Part shown: positions 1-11,890 of the stretch, piece by piece
Layout: the number at the start of each line of letters is the position of its first letter
Numbering within the stretch: the first letter of the stretch is position 1
Origin: Sphaerodactylus townsendi
Lineage: Eukaryota
Direction of reading: 5' to 3'
Length of the DNA stretch: 64,000 nucleotides
Assembly (NCBI RefSeq): GCF_021028975.2
Contig: NC_059433.1
Span: forward strand, 62,496,001-62,560,000
Position numbers and translations under genes: made by a program
The notes under the pieces: model-generated
Told to the model about the DNA's origin: nothing
The model's database searches: none
The model's input: the letters and a program-made list of their open reading frames with translations, nothing else

Positions 1-149
1 CGATCGATTCACCAGCCTGGCTGATGCCAATGAGAGTGAGGCGGAACAGAAAGCCTGAGAGCAACACCTGGAGTAGCTGAGAGGGAAGGGCGGCACTGCC
101 ACATGTAAGGTTTCCAACTCTGGGTCAGAACATTCATGAAGATTTGGGG

Positions 150-312
150 GTGCCATCATGTAATTGCAATCAACAGCCGTTGGGGCCAGTTCCTCCTCTC
201 CCTCGAGCCCCCACTGCACATGAATGGAGCCATCGCCGCCATGCCTGGCGGGCCGGATAAATGCCTTCAGGGGGCCACATTTGGCCCCCGGGCCATAGTT
301 TGGGGACCCCTG
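150..312. mobile_element. hAT-type non-autonomous DNA transposon, 3' end (left boundary approximate)
   Basis: Ends in GGGCCATAGTTTGGGGACCCCTG followed by CTCTAGAT, a typical hAT/Charlie terminus and target-like octamer. Confidence 0.55.
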
Positions 313-1296
313 CTCTAGATGAATTAGTGTGTCATCCCCACTGCAGGTCAGCTCCTGATTTGTATCCCTGGCCATAGAAGTTAGGACAGTGGAAGCCCAT
401 TCCAGATTTCTTTCAGTGGCTCCAATCCTTTGGAATGGGATGCCACTGAAAGTATGAATCGTTTTCTTTCTCTGCCTGTAAGCAATTTAAAGCTTCTGTA
501 CTTAGAAAATACTTTGGTTAGCCTTGTCTGTGGGTTTTGGTGGAGTTGACACACCAGTTCATACAGGGAGAGGCAGTCAGATAAGAGACAGGTAAGGGTG
601 GTTTGTTGGTTTATTATTGGGCCTACAGTGCAGATATATATGTTGACAGTATTGATGGGTTTATGGATAAGTGTAAAAGTGTGGAGGATGGGGTTTTGGA
701 TTACTTTTAACAAACCAGTAAATAAATAACTAATTAGTTGGCGCAGTGTAAGTGGAAAAGGGAGCCTAAGTATTCACTAAGCAGCACACCACAGAGTATA
801 CCAATAATTTCTTAGAACTAAAGAGATTTTATTAATTCTCATTATAGATTCTAATGTGTTTTATGCATTTCAAATTGTTGTTAAATTCCTAATGGATTGT
901 GACTGTAGAAGAATGTGAGCTGTAGAAGAATAACAGTGCAATCCTATGCAGACTAATTCCAATAGACATCAGTGGATTTAGAGTGGCATAACTCTTCCTA
1001 GGCCTATATTGTCCAATCTGAAGCTGTTAAAGAAAACCTAACCTTTAAATACATATACAATTTCAACACTGTATACACTGTAAATTAAAATAACAAATAG
1101 GAGTTTTAAGCAATTTGCTTCTTTGCCTCATGATCTCAATTCCTTCAGATCAATTTTCTAATATGTTTTAGACATTCTATTAATTTATCGCAAAGTGGGT
1201 TTCTATCAACTGACTTGAATGCATGATACACAGAGCAGTTCCTTAAAACACATACCCCAAGATGCTTATCAGGGGTAATTTTCACAAAATACTTAC

Positions 1297-1300
1297 CCAT
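1297..1300 (-). CDS. ELOC: Elongin C, first coding bases (ATG G) at the end of the 56-bp exon 1297-1352; remaining CDS lies left of the window
   Basis: Minus-strand exon ttttccatttgtttccag|CTCCTACTGC...GAAGCAAA...GATAAGGAGAGATGG|gtaagt resembles the mammalian ELOC exon that ends in ATG G (protein starts MDGEEK); position head-to-head with TMEM70/LY96 matches human synteny. Confidence 0.75.
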
Positions 1301-1352
1301 CTCTCCTTATCAAATGGTTGTGTTTTTGCTTCTGCAGTTTTTGCAGTAGGAG
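1301..1352 (-). other. ELOC: ELOC 5'UTR part of the start-codon exon
   Basis: Strong acceptor (pyrimidine tract + CAG at 1353-1370) and GTAAGT donor at 1291-1296. Confidence 0.7.
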
Positions 1353-1699
1353 CTGGAAACAAATGGAAAAGTACATACTTATTCAAGTTCATTAATAAAA
1401 GCAAACAAGGTTAGGTGGGAATCTAAGAAGGTCACCAACTTTCTTTAGAGGACGCCAAGTTCTATTTGAATTTAATGCTGATTATGTTTGTAGTGCCACG
1501 TTACTAGATTGAACATGATGCCGTTTTTTTGAAAGCTCTTTAATCACCAGCCCAGGTGAGAAATCAAGGTTATTAAAGAATCCCTCCAGTGAAGGAATAT
1601 ACCCATCTATGTATTGTGTGGCCAACAAAACTATACACCCCAAATCTAATTCAGAGCCTATGGGCACATGTCAAAGCTGTACCCTAAACTTAGCTTAAA

Positions 1700-2045
1700 A
1701 TTGCTTACTTCCTTATAAGCCTACCCAATTACCATGGTCACATTTGGAAGCCCCCACCTGCTAAGATTTGCTGGAGAGGAGCCTTCTCAGAGCTAGCACT
1801 CTGGAACTCTCTATCCTCTTCTGGTACCATCTTCTGTCAGAATGTGAAGACTTCTTTGCTTTGTTTGGCTTTCTCTCAGTGATCGCTCCTTCCTGCCTAA
1901 TGTTTTAATTGTTATTTTTGTATATATTTTAGCTCTGATTTTAATTGTATCAATTATACATTTTTGTGTGTTTTAATTTAGTAGCCACCTTGAGGGCCCT
2001 TATGATGGCAGAAGGCAGTGTATACGTTTTGTTAATTAAATAAAA
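1700..2045 (+). mobile_element. Degraded L2/CR1-clade LINE 3' fragment
   Basis: GAGCCTTCTC...CTCTGGAACTCTCT motif and a gccaccttgagggcc...aaataaa-type tail typical of squamate L2 3' ends. Confidence 0.4.
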
Positions 2046-3106
2046 ATAATACAGATATTTCCTCTAAAGCATTGCTTTCTGCTAGCACAATAGGTTGTCA
2101 GGTTCCAGTTTGCACCAGATTGGCTGTTGAGGGTTTTCAAGATGTGTGGGCGTGGTCTGGCAGTTGTTGCTCCTAACGCTTGCCTGCAACAATGGCTGGT
2201 ACATTCCCTACATTTTTAAAAAAACAGAACATGCATTAATAACTTTTTGGCTTAGCTTCAAACCATTAGGAAGGCTTACTGGATACTGTTCAAACCTCCT
2301 TGGGTAGACACCCCACACTCTGACAACCTGGACATAGTATAAGAGCAGAATTTCATATATTTTATGCCTGTGGAAGGTAATCTGAACTATGAACTCGGCA
2401 AATTTGCTTACAGATCTTTATTTACTCTGCCCAGATCAGGAGTCTGTTACTAATCTTGGAAAGCTATGCCAGACAATGAAGCAGCACCTAATGTAAATGC
2501 TGGCCAGCCCTCTTCCCCCTTCCCCTCTACCCCATATATTTCCATGAAAAAATACACAAAGATGTACACATGAATTATTCCTCCATAGCAATATCTGAGC
2601 ATGAGAATCTGAGCTATATTTTCAATCAACTTATTTCATATTTAAAAATTATCTGCGCTACCAAATACTAATTTATCCACCTCACTTTTTAAGATCTTGT
2701 TCCCAGCATTCTGCTTAGTCATGCCATTTCCCTAATCCCCCTCCCATTTCCTAAGGAGTATCTGAGTTATTGTGATGGCTGTTCAATATCCAAGGTTACT
2801 AAATTTGAAAGCATCTGCCAGGGCTAAAGTATCAGTAAAATAACCAGCCCTATGTTTAAAAAAATGTATGTGTGGTGGTGGTGGGGAGGCAGAATTCTTC
2901 TACTGCTTCAAAAGAATCAATAAATATATCTACCGGTAATTCTCAACATGGCAAATCTGAAGATATTTAAATCCAGAGATGGGACCCAAGCCAGATCATT
3001 CTATAAACCTGGAAAACACCCCAGATTTGCAGAAACATCTGATATTCAATACACAAACAGAGGGGATAATCCCCCCCCCCAAAAAAAAATAATAGAAACA
3101 GCAGCT

Positions 3107-3320
3107 GTAGCTTAAACAGTGTGGTTAGAGTGTCAGACTGGGATCTGGGAGACTTGCCATTCAACCATGAAAGTTTGCTGGGTGACCTTGGGGCAGTCAC
3201 TCTCTCAGCCTACTTTACCTCACAAGGTTGTTGTGCGGATAAAATGGGGGAGAGAAAAAAGGTGTTAACTACTTTGGTCTACATTGGGGAGTAAATAAAT
3301 ATAAGTAAATGAGGTAAATA
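3107..3320 (+). mobile_element. tRNA-derived squamate SINE
   Basis: A-box-like GTGGTTAGAGTG head, GGGTGACCTTGGGGCAGTCACTCTCTCAGCC core, TAAATAAA tail. Confidence 0.65.
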
Positions 3321-4871
3321 AATATAACTGAGGTTCAGGGGCAAAACAAAGGTAGGTTAGTGGGTAGGAAATGGGAAAGTGGGTGTGTGGGGATCCCAGG
3401 AGAAAAAGAAGAAATAGCATGGAGAGGGGATACAGGGGGAAATGTGGTGTCCCCCACCTCGCTATATAGACTCCTCACTATACTATTCTGCCCAGTGATT
3501 GGGTCTGCACAACTGGCAGAGGGAGTTCCAGGCAGAGATTGTCAGGAGGGAAAGCAGAAGCCAGGGAAGCAGGTAAATGTAGGTTGTGGCCATGAAAGAG
3601 AAAGTCACAGGAAAAGTGGGATTTCAGGGAAGAAAGAGGGAAAATACTGGAGGGGGGGGAGAATAAGATAGCTGCCGTGTGTGTACTTGTGGGTTCCTTG
3701 CTTGTAGGACATTAACAACTCAACAAATTATGCATATGTTCAGAAGGCATGGGCAGAATAAGAGAAAGGATAGTAGCTAATCATGTATAAGCAATAGAAA
3801 AACAGTGAGCTATAATGTTTGCTGTAATATAACATGTAACAGATTTAGATGCTTAAGATTCACCAGGTTCACTTGTGTGTGTTTTTTTGAGGAGGAGTAG
3901 GTATGCAGCACAGCTCATCACAATTCTGTTGGTCCCCCCCCTTTTTTTCTTTCCCAGCTTTATTAAATTTTAACGGTTTGAACTATCCATCTGTTTGAGG
4001 GACAGCATCTGGAATACAAAACTAGAACTACCTTATTTTTGTTAACAAGCAAGGGTTGCAGGTTATTGGTCTCCTAAATGTACAATATTTGTACACAGAG
4101 TATCATAGTGACACCCAACAAGGCTTTTCGTGACTACACCAGATGAAAAGGAAAGAAGAACTAGTGTTTTCTGATCCTTTTCCCACTGGGCATCTGCTAA
4201 TGCATATTTTTACCTTTACCCACTGATTCCTATGGGTCTGCAGGCAGATTAGTTGTCACCAACTTTGCTATCGAACTATCAGAAAACAAAGCAGGCATCA
4301 GCAGTTCTGTAGATTATGTAAAAATAGTGACAGTCAACAGCTTTGTTGAGTGTAGGAGTGTATTAGTTCACCGAATCATCTTAAGGGTGGTGGAGGAAGT
4401 TGAGTGTAGCTAGGATATACAGCTGAAATTGATTCCTGGAAACTATTTCTTCATTTGCAGTTTCTATTTCTTATTACATCCAGGAAGCAGAAGTAAAGAG
4501 ATAACATTCCACAAAACAACTAATCACAGGACAACCAAATAAAACAAGCCCATTTTAATTAACCATCGAACTGAATAAAGCAAGTGAGATTTGACTACAT
4601 TTGTAAACCAAAATAGCTTTTAGCCTGCTTTAGATTGTATTCTCATGACACAGAAGAGGCTTCTTGTATAAACTGTCCCATGTGATGCTTGGCATAGAAA
4701 TTAATTTTGGTGTAATAGTTGTTTAGGCATGGTGCTCCAGTATACACATCAGGCCTGAACAACCAGAACAGAAATATGGTTTGATAACAGGAGCCCAGCA
4801 TTTGACCAGCTCTGAATCTCAACACATGCAATTTATGGCTCTTTTTAGTATATAATGCAAACTATCTCTCC

Positions 4872-5012
4872 GGCCCCTTCCGCACATGCAGAATAATGCA
4901 TTTTCAAACTACTTTCACAACTGTTTGCAAGTGGATTTTGCTATTCCGCACAGCTTCAAAGAGCATTGAAAGGAGTTTGAAAGTGCATTATTTTGCATGT
5001 GTGGAATGAGCC
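4872..5012. mobile_element. PIF/Harbinger-like MITE (141 bp, palindromic)
   Basis: TIRs GGCCCCTTCCGCACATGCAGAATAATGCA / TGCATTATTTTGCATGTGTGGAATGAGCC; 3-bp TSD TCC. Confidence 0.8.
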
Positions 5013-5334
5013 TCCCTTTCACTAATATACTGAGTACCTGAGCAAAACTTCCTAATTTGACCACTACTGCCTTCAAATATGTGATCTGGGAATGTCTTGA
5101 AGAAAAAAATATTTAAGTATTTGAAGAATATACTGCCTGGGTTTCCCGGATGAACTGACTAAGTGTCACTATTTTTTTAACCTTTGACAAAATAAACTTT
5201 TGATTGGTAATATCTGACTAGGCAATTAACCACTATCCCAACACTGCAAAACAGATATCATATCAAAGAGCCCTTTGGGGATTGGGCGGTATAGAAATCC
5301 CATAAATAAATAAATATTAAAGTACAGAAAAGAG

Positions 5335-5535
5335 TAAGAGGCCAATAACATCTGAAAGACTTAACAACATTTCTGACAGGATATGAACTTTCATGAGTCA
5401 CAGCTCACTTCTGCAAGTATCTGAAGAAATGAGCTGTGATTCACAAAAGGTCATATCTTGCCAATAATTCTGTTAGTCATTAAGGTACTTCTTGTTCTTT
5501 CATCATACTACAGACAGATCAACATAACTACCCAA
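5335..5535. mobile_element. Penelope-like inverted (palindromic) terminal-repeat remnant with degenerate hammerhead motifs
   Basis: Imperfect palindrome centred near 5416; arm CTGAAGA-AATGAG-CTGTGA-TTCAC-AAAA and its inverted partner. Confidence 0.55.
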
Positions 5536-5557
5536 ATTAAATTAAAGACTGTTTTAC

Positions 5558-5629
5558 CTCTGTAGCAGCTGAAGTTGTGATGAAAGTGTACCAGAAAGAT
5601 CCCTCTGTCCATATGGTTTTAATACATAC
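5558..5629 (-). other. ELOC: Candidate alternative 5'UTR exon of ELOC (72 bp)
   Basis: ttttacttgtag|GTATGT...CTACAGAG|gtaaaa on the minus strand, between the CpG-island exon and the ATG exon. Confidence 0.35.
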
Positions 5630-6735
5630 CTACAAGTAAAACCTCTCTTTACATGATCTCATTATCCCTGTCTCTCTCCACTTAGGTGTCCCAATAATTT
5701 TTTGCTCATAGTATTCCTTTCTCTATTTCCACCATCTACAGCTGCCTGGGGTCTCATGTTCCTACAAACAAGGCCATCCTTTATTTTACTTAGCAACCCC
5801 ATTTTTGCTGATTCCATATCACCAAAGTAATGCCCCCAAATTGTTAAGAATGAATGTGAAAACATTCTGTCTTATAACACAGCTGCATTAAATAACCTTG
5901 TAACCCTTTTCAAGTTCTGTAATATTCTGAAGTTTCCTACTGAATCTAAGATTGTCCTTATGTACGCTATGAAGTAAGTCCTACAGACCTCAGCAAAACT
6001 TCAAAACATTAATAGAATCAGATATTTTTTTTAAAAAAACAACAGGGGATGCCACACATTGATGCCCAAGCTACAACCCCCGCCCCCAAATATCTTTCAG
6101 GCCTTATTCTTATTCTCAAAACTCCAAAATTATTAGAAAAAGGCACAATATAGTACATCACAATATTTGGGAAGACATGGGAGCAAAGTGCCTTGACAAA
6201 TGACACTGGATAACAAAGGAAAGAAATCATTTGCAGAATACGATAGGAAAGCAGAATTACAGCACAGCAACCATGCTGGAGGTAAAGAAATCTTTGCTTT
6301 GAGTCCCATTACATTAGAAATGTAAGACGGAAATCATGCGAGAACGGTCGGTTACGCTTGGAAATAGACTTCTGGGCCAAAAGAAATTCCACAGAGAATG
6401 CAACTGGAGGAGGGAAGGAAAGGATAGGGACACATGCATATGTGTGTGTGTGTGTACACCCACCCCCATAAATCACGCTGAGGTCTTCCAGAATACAGGG
6501 AAGAACGCGGGGCGTGGACCGTCGTGAGCGATTTTCAGAGAACAAGTCTATCGCTCAAGGCACCGAAGGGGGTTTCCCTGAGGTGAGGGAGCAGTGCTCC
6601 AGGTCTGCGTTTCAGAAAGGATAAGAAAACGCCCAGAAGACATTTGGTTCCTGGACCTATTCCAGCAGCTTCAGGAAAACAGACCCCCACAGAAGGCAGG
6701 AAGAACTTCGCGCCCTCTCTCGGGCTCCCACTCAC

Positions 6736-6860
6736 CTGCGTCCTGGCAGAGCCCGAGGATATTCACGGGGCCGCTTTGCAAATCCCCGTTGGGTTCCTGC
6801 CGGGCCAACTGCCCTGCTCAAACCACTTCCGCTGGGTCACAAGCATAAGCTTCCGGTCGG
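6736..6860 (-). other. ELOC: ELOC non-coding first exon (TSS approximate)
   Basis: Perfect donor CAG|GTGAGT at 6736/6735 inside a CpG island; ETS-like CGGAAG motifs near 6827-6855. Confidence 0.65.
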
Positions 6861-7540
6861 CGAGGCGCAAGCGCAGAAGGAGCTGATGAGCTGCCAAACT
6901 AGCCTTTTATTGCATCAGCAAAGTGTGGAACTGACGGTTGTTTTGTTTGCTGACTGGATTTCCTCGTTATTTTCGACCTCTCGTTTCCGGAAAGAATACA
7001 TGTTCTATATGTGCCAAATATAACGATTGGAACTCGTTATAAATATGCTGTGCGGGATCACTCTGAGTTAGTCTTAAAACAATCAGATACCATCGCGTGC
7101 AAGCTTTTGACTTCACAATTTTTCATCGTCTCGAAAGATCTTGTTACCCCAGTCTCTCTTTTTATATTTTATTAACTCTCCTAATGAAGAGCTTTGGATG
7201 CCTAGAAAGCTTTCACAGTACGTTGAATTATTGGCGGGGTGGAGGGGATCTTGACAAAAGGTTACAAAACGGTTTTTGTTGACTGGATTTTCCTTAGCAG
7301 AAACACAAGAGTCCCTTTGCTTCTAGTGAGGAGATTTCAGGGGTGGACCATAGTTCCCAACAACCGCTCTACGCCATCTCGTTAGTTCCTTTGAATCCAA
7401 TGTAAGGCTTTATTAACTCTTATTGCGCATGCTCATTCTAACGGATGTCAAGTTGCACCCTCAGTAGGACAACCTACAAGTTGCGTCTTAACTTCTTGAC
7501 CCTAAATACAACACTGGTTGGGCGTTTCCGGGTTTGCGAG

Positions 7541-7560
7541 GCATTCCGGGAAATGTAGTC
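7541..7560 (-). promoter_or_regulatory. ZNF143/THAP11 (ACTACA-SBS) motif
   Basis: Reverse complement GACTACATTTCCCGGAATGC matches the ACTACAnnTCCCrrnATGC consensus enriched in bidirectional promoters. Confidence 0.75.
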
Positions 7561-7599
7561 CTTGTTGTGCGAATGAGCTCTAAGTGTCTATGCGAGGCG

Positions 7600-7778
7600 A
7601 GAATTTTGTACCGCCGTGCGGGATAAAGGACAGATTCACGCGAGACTTAACGGACTGCGCAAGGAAGAAAAGAAGCGCAACTTTGGAAAAAAAACACCCT
7701 CGCCTCGCGCGCGCAAACAGGTTTGCTGTGACAGTTTCTGCCGCCCGGTCGTGCAATGTTGTGTCGTTTCACTCGGAG
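7600..7778 (+). other. HAUS3: HAUS3 non-coding first exon (TSS approximate)
   Basis: GAG|GTGAGT donor at 7778/7779; matching strong acceptor ttcctttttctttgcag at 10269, upstream of the ATG. Confidence 0.6.
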
Positions 7779-8559
7779 GTGAGTTTAACGGGACTTGCTG
7801 CCGAGTCCGTTTTTGCCGAGGAAGCAGTTTTCAAATTGGATTTAAAAATTTTGACCTTTATGTTGCTGAAATTCAGATATGTGTTACCTATTTATCCTTG
7901 GCCACATCAATCTTCACTGGAGATCTAGCAAAATTTAAAAGTTCATATGGTGACAGCACCCTGTGGCCTGACAAGCAAATATGAAATTGCGGGAATAAAT
8001 TAACAAACCTTTAATTTAAACACAACAACTTTCTATCATTTAGCTATAAATAGTGAATACATATATGTATATATGTACAGCACAACTCAATTATACAAAA
8101 TCTTCAGTGCCTTTTAAGAAAAGTACTCAAAACAGTTACAACTACTAACAGTTCTCAATAAATTAAGAACAGCAAGAAAGTCCAAACTATTAATAAAGCA
8201 GGGCTTCTTTATCTCATCTGTTCATCTGCATAGGATGTAGCTGCTGCAGGTCTTTCTTCAACTTGTGCCTGTAAAAAAATAAGTAATTCCCTCAATTGAG
8301 CTGTCAGCCTTCCTTCTGTTGCAGGCCAGATCAACTGAGGAGGGTGGGGCTCTTGCTGTTGGCAATAAACAAGCAAGCTTACCAACTGCACATGCTCATT
8401 GAACTCTGGGCCCTAAAATCCAAGCAAAACACAAATACTAAAATGTCATGGGTTACAGATGCTATACTTTATTTTGTATTTATTTAACATGTTTAAATGG
8501 TATAGTGAATTCCTTAGCAGGCAAATGGATTTTCGTAGGTAGAGAGTGACAAAAACCAC

Positions 8560-8785
8560 CCGGGAGTTCTTAACCCTTTTTTGTGCCAGGGACCCTTCTT
8601 AAAATAATGCCTTTACATCCATAAAATAATATACTTAGTGTTAAAAGGAAGCCATATATGTTGATATATGGTTATGTTGAATTTCAGTTAAAGGTCAGTG
8701 AAAATAAATATGTCAGTTTTCCCCATTCAAGTTCATAGGCTCCCTGAAATCTGTCCACAGACCCCAACTTAAGAATCCATGCTGT
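8560..8785. mobile_element. Old hAT-type MITE
   Basis: Degenerate termini GGGAGTTCTTAACCCTTTTTTGTGCCAGGGACCC ... GACCCCAACTTAAGAATCCATG. Confidence 0.45.
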
Positions 8786-9578
8786 AACCCCTCTAGACTG
8801 GAGGTTAAGTAAAATAGATGTAATATAGAAACAAGAAAAGAAAAAAAGTCACTGGCTTATGAAAAAGGCTCAGCCTGCAGTTTTTGTTGGGATTATTATG
8901 CAAACATAATTGGATTACACACATGCAAATACTCAGGGCACCTGAATTTCCCAGCCTTTTCTTTTTGTATTTTGTTGAAGGTAGTTGTTTTCTAAATTAC
9001 TAAATTCACTGACAGAGAGGTGAAATGTAAATGTATCATATAAAACAGGTTTTAAATAAGATCGCTAGGAACCTGCCCATGGCAGGAGGATGGCCTCTGG
9101 TATGATCTCCTGCCTCTTTTTCCTGGACTATGCCCTGTTCAGGATAAAGATGAGAGTGTGGTTGTGCACACGAAGTGACAGGAGGCTGCTTCCAGTGGAG
9201 AAAATAGTACTGAGTCTAAATAGGCATTAAAGAGTCTTTTCTATGCCCTTCCTGAGCACATACAGCTGTAATGCCCCTGACTGAAATGAGTTCAGTTATT
9301 TGCTAGTCAGTCAACTGAGAAAGAGTAACTTGAAGGTCCCTGTAATCATCCCTCCTACTTTGTTTCAACACCCAGGGGCTTGTCACTCTCCAGAACTGGA
9401 TTCGGGAAGGAGGACTGCCTGAACCCAGAGTTGACCCTCCCTTAGGGAAGCATTTAAAGGGTGTGCCCAGAAGCAGTCAGGATAGAAGAGGCAGACCCAC
9501 TATAAAGCAGCTGGGAATAGGGAAATGGTGAATAACTGGGTGGTGTGGAACTCTCTCTATTAATCTGTCCTGGGGTGT

Positions 9579-10109
9579 TGTCTTACAGCAACGGAGACAG
9601 CATGTCTTTTCGACAAGTGAGAGAAGCAGGGAGCAACTCTGCCATCCTGTTTCCCCCCAGGCCCTTTTATTGACAGTTTACAAGAGGAAAAACAAACAGG
9701 GCAGGCAGGCAGAAGAAACACAATACAATGGACAGGGCAAAGAGCACAGGGGGATTTGGGCAGGAGATTTGGCATTTGCACGTACACACATTGGAGCTAG
9801 ACGGTCTGCAATGTCAGCAGTTTTCTCCGAAACCACACTTGGGAAGGAGAGGTCAGTTGCACGTGAGAGGCCTTTTTCCAAGCAGTGTATTGCCGTACTC
9901 AGGCGCCCCCCCCCCCCCGATGTTGGGGGGCCCTTTTCCAAGCTATGTGCTGCCGTACTCGAGAGCCTCCCGGGCACTGTGAGACCCCTTTCCAAGCAGA
10001 ATGGCTGCCATACTCGGGAGCCTCCCAGGCACTGTGCCCCCCAACACTGGGGAACTTGCCCTTCTAAAAGCAACCCTAGACTCAGACCTGATAGCACCAG
10101 CTGATGACA
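9579..10109 (-). mobile_element. Putative solo LTR with three ~57-bp internal tandem repeats, in HAUS3 intron 1
   Basis: TGTC...GACA termini, minus-strand AATAAA near 9666-9671, three CCTTT(T)CCAAGC...TGCCRTACTC units at ~9871, ~9931, ~9986; no clear TSD. Confidence 0.4.
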
Positions 10110-10380
10110 CCAGGTTGAGGATCATGGATATTTTTATTGAACATTTCTTTGTAATACTGCGGTGTTTGGCTATTTGTTGGATAACTGGGTTTTTAAAAAT
10201 TATTGTTATTGAAATTGTAAATTGTGTAGGAATTTACAGTCCCATATTTGTATTCCTTTTTCTTTGCAGAGATTTAAAGTCGATCACTATGAGCATGTTC
10301 TACTTTTGTTTGGTATAGATACTTCAGGAGCCTCCTAGTATAGTCATTAATATCGAAGGTTGTAGGCTGACTCTGAAACC

Positions 10381-11292
10381 ATGAATCGTGGAATTAAGTT
10401 TGTGGAAAGTCTGAAGAGGATAGGGTATTCAGAGGTAGCTTCTCTGAATGGAGAAGACTTTGATTGGTTGTTTGAGACGTTGGAAGATAAATCATTTTTG
10501 GAATGGTTTTGTACAAATCTGACTGAGCATCATGCATTATCTGAAGAAGAGCTGCAGACTTTTAACAATCTCCTTAATTCTACAAAGCCTGTGCTAGAAG
10601 AGGCAGCTCTGGATGAAGTTCTTAAGACCTGTAAGCCCCTCGATTTGAACACCAGTAACTTTGAAGAAGGAAATCTTGAGGCACTAGAAGATGAACTTCA
10701 AGCACTCCAAAAGATTAAAAATCTAAAGATTCATCATCGTAACAAACTTCAAGCAATGACTTCAACCAGTAGCCTTCGGTCACTGAAGCTTAAAGAGACT
10801 GCAGAGGAAACAACTAAAAGCCTGAAAGATGAGCAGGCATTGTTCACTGGCATGAATACAAAGATAAACAATGAGCTGAAATCTCTTACTGAAAGAGTTC
10901 AGAAGTTGACTACTTTCTTTGCTGTTCAACCCAGTCAGAAAGGGCAAGAGCCTCATTCTGTGGTGTTGTCCCAGCTTGCCTTAGATGACTATTTGTGCCA
11001 GGAAGAACAAAGCACTGCAGCCCTTACTCTGTATACAAAAAAACAGTTTTTCCAAGGAATAGCCGGGTTGGTTGAAAGTTCAAATGAAGAAAAGTTTCAG
11101 CTTGTTGATATAAGGAGTTCGTTCACTGACACTGAGAGCAATTACATTTCTGAGGAGCAGCTCGAGCTTACCAGGCTGCAGATGGCTTATGTTTGTGCTC
11201 AGCATCAACTAATTCAGCAGAAAGCCAAGGATCTAAGCATGAGATCAGGTCTTCAGTGGGCAGAGGATAACATTTGCTTTTTAAAGAAGGTG
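10381..11292 (+). CDS. HAUS3: HAUS augmin-like complex subunit 3, coding exon 1
   Basis: MNRGIKFVESLKRIGY...LNGEDFDWLFE...FLEWFC...QEEQSTAALTLYTKKQFFQGI are HAUS3 signature segments; donor GTG|gtaagt. Confidence 0.97.
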
Positions 11293-11429
11293 GTAAGTCC
11301 TGTTGTTTTCACAATCATAGCCAAGTTTTAGTGCATTGTATTAACATAATTAACAGAATAAAGTTAGTTAATTTCAGTTGCTCCCTGTGCTTAAGAAACT
11401 GTTCCCAGGCTTTGACCTTCAAGAACAGT

Positions 11430-11890
11430 TTGTGTTTTGTGCCATCAAGTGTTTTGTGCCATCAAGTTCCAACAACCTTGGATGAATATTCATGTCCTAT
11501 CATTAACAGCATTGCTCAGGTGTTACAAACTGAAAGCTGTGGTTTCCTTTGTTGAATCAATCCATTTCATGTTGGATTTTCATACCACCTTCAATTTTTC
11601 CTAGCATTTTTATCTTTTTCACTGTGCAGTAGTTTCAGTTTAGTCATTATAGCTTGATTTGAACCAACATGTTTGTCTTTTTGGCAGTCTATTGTATCTG
11701 TAAAACTCCACTCCAACACCACATTTCAAGTGAATTAGCTTTTTTTTCTGTCAGCTTTCTTCATTGTCCAACTTTCACATACATGTATAGTTATGGAGAA
11801 TATCATAATATTAATTATCTTGATATTGGTCACCAGCAGTATTTCTTTTTACTTAATTATCTCTTCTCGTTCCTGACTGCTCTTCCTCTT
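11430..11890 (-). mobile_element. RTE/BovB-like LINE fragment in HAUS3 intron
   Basis: CTCCAACACCACATTTCAA...TTCATTGTCCAACTTTCACAT resembles antisense RTE/BovB ORF sequence. Confidence 0.5.

Larger units (their letters stand above)
6330..7830. promoter_or_regulatory. CpG-rich bidirectional promoter region ELOC(-)/HAUS3(+)
   Basis: High CpG density relative to the flanks; divergent GTGAGT donors at 6735 (-) and 7779 (+); ETS-like sites, NRF1-like TGCGCATGC (7424), TCACGCGAGA (7636). Confidence 0.75.

Noticed and set aside
6309-7984. Many overlapping 60-120 aa ORFs in the promoter region
   Set aside because: Explained by the GC-rich, stop-poor CpG island; no recognisable protein; the region contains the non-coding first exons of ELOC and HAUS3
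9560-10318. ORFs of up to 144 aa on both strands upstream of HAUS3
   Set aside because: They arise from GC-rich tandem repeats of the LTR-like element; no protein homology recognised
11293-11331. C-terminal tail of the 316-aa ORF (VSPVVFTIIAKF)
   Set aside because: Read-through into the intron past the GTG|gtaagt donor; HAUS3 continues at 12221
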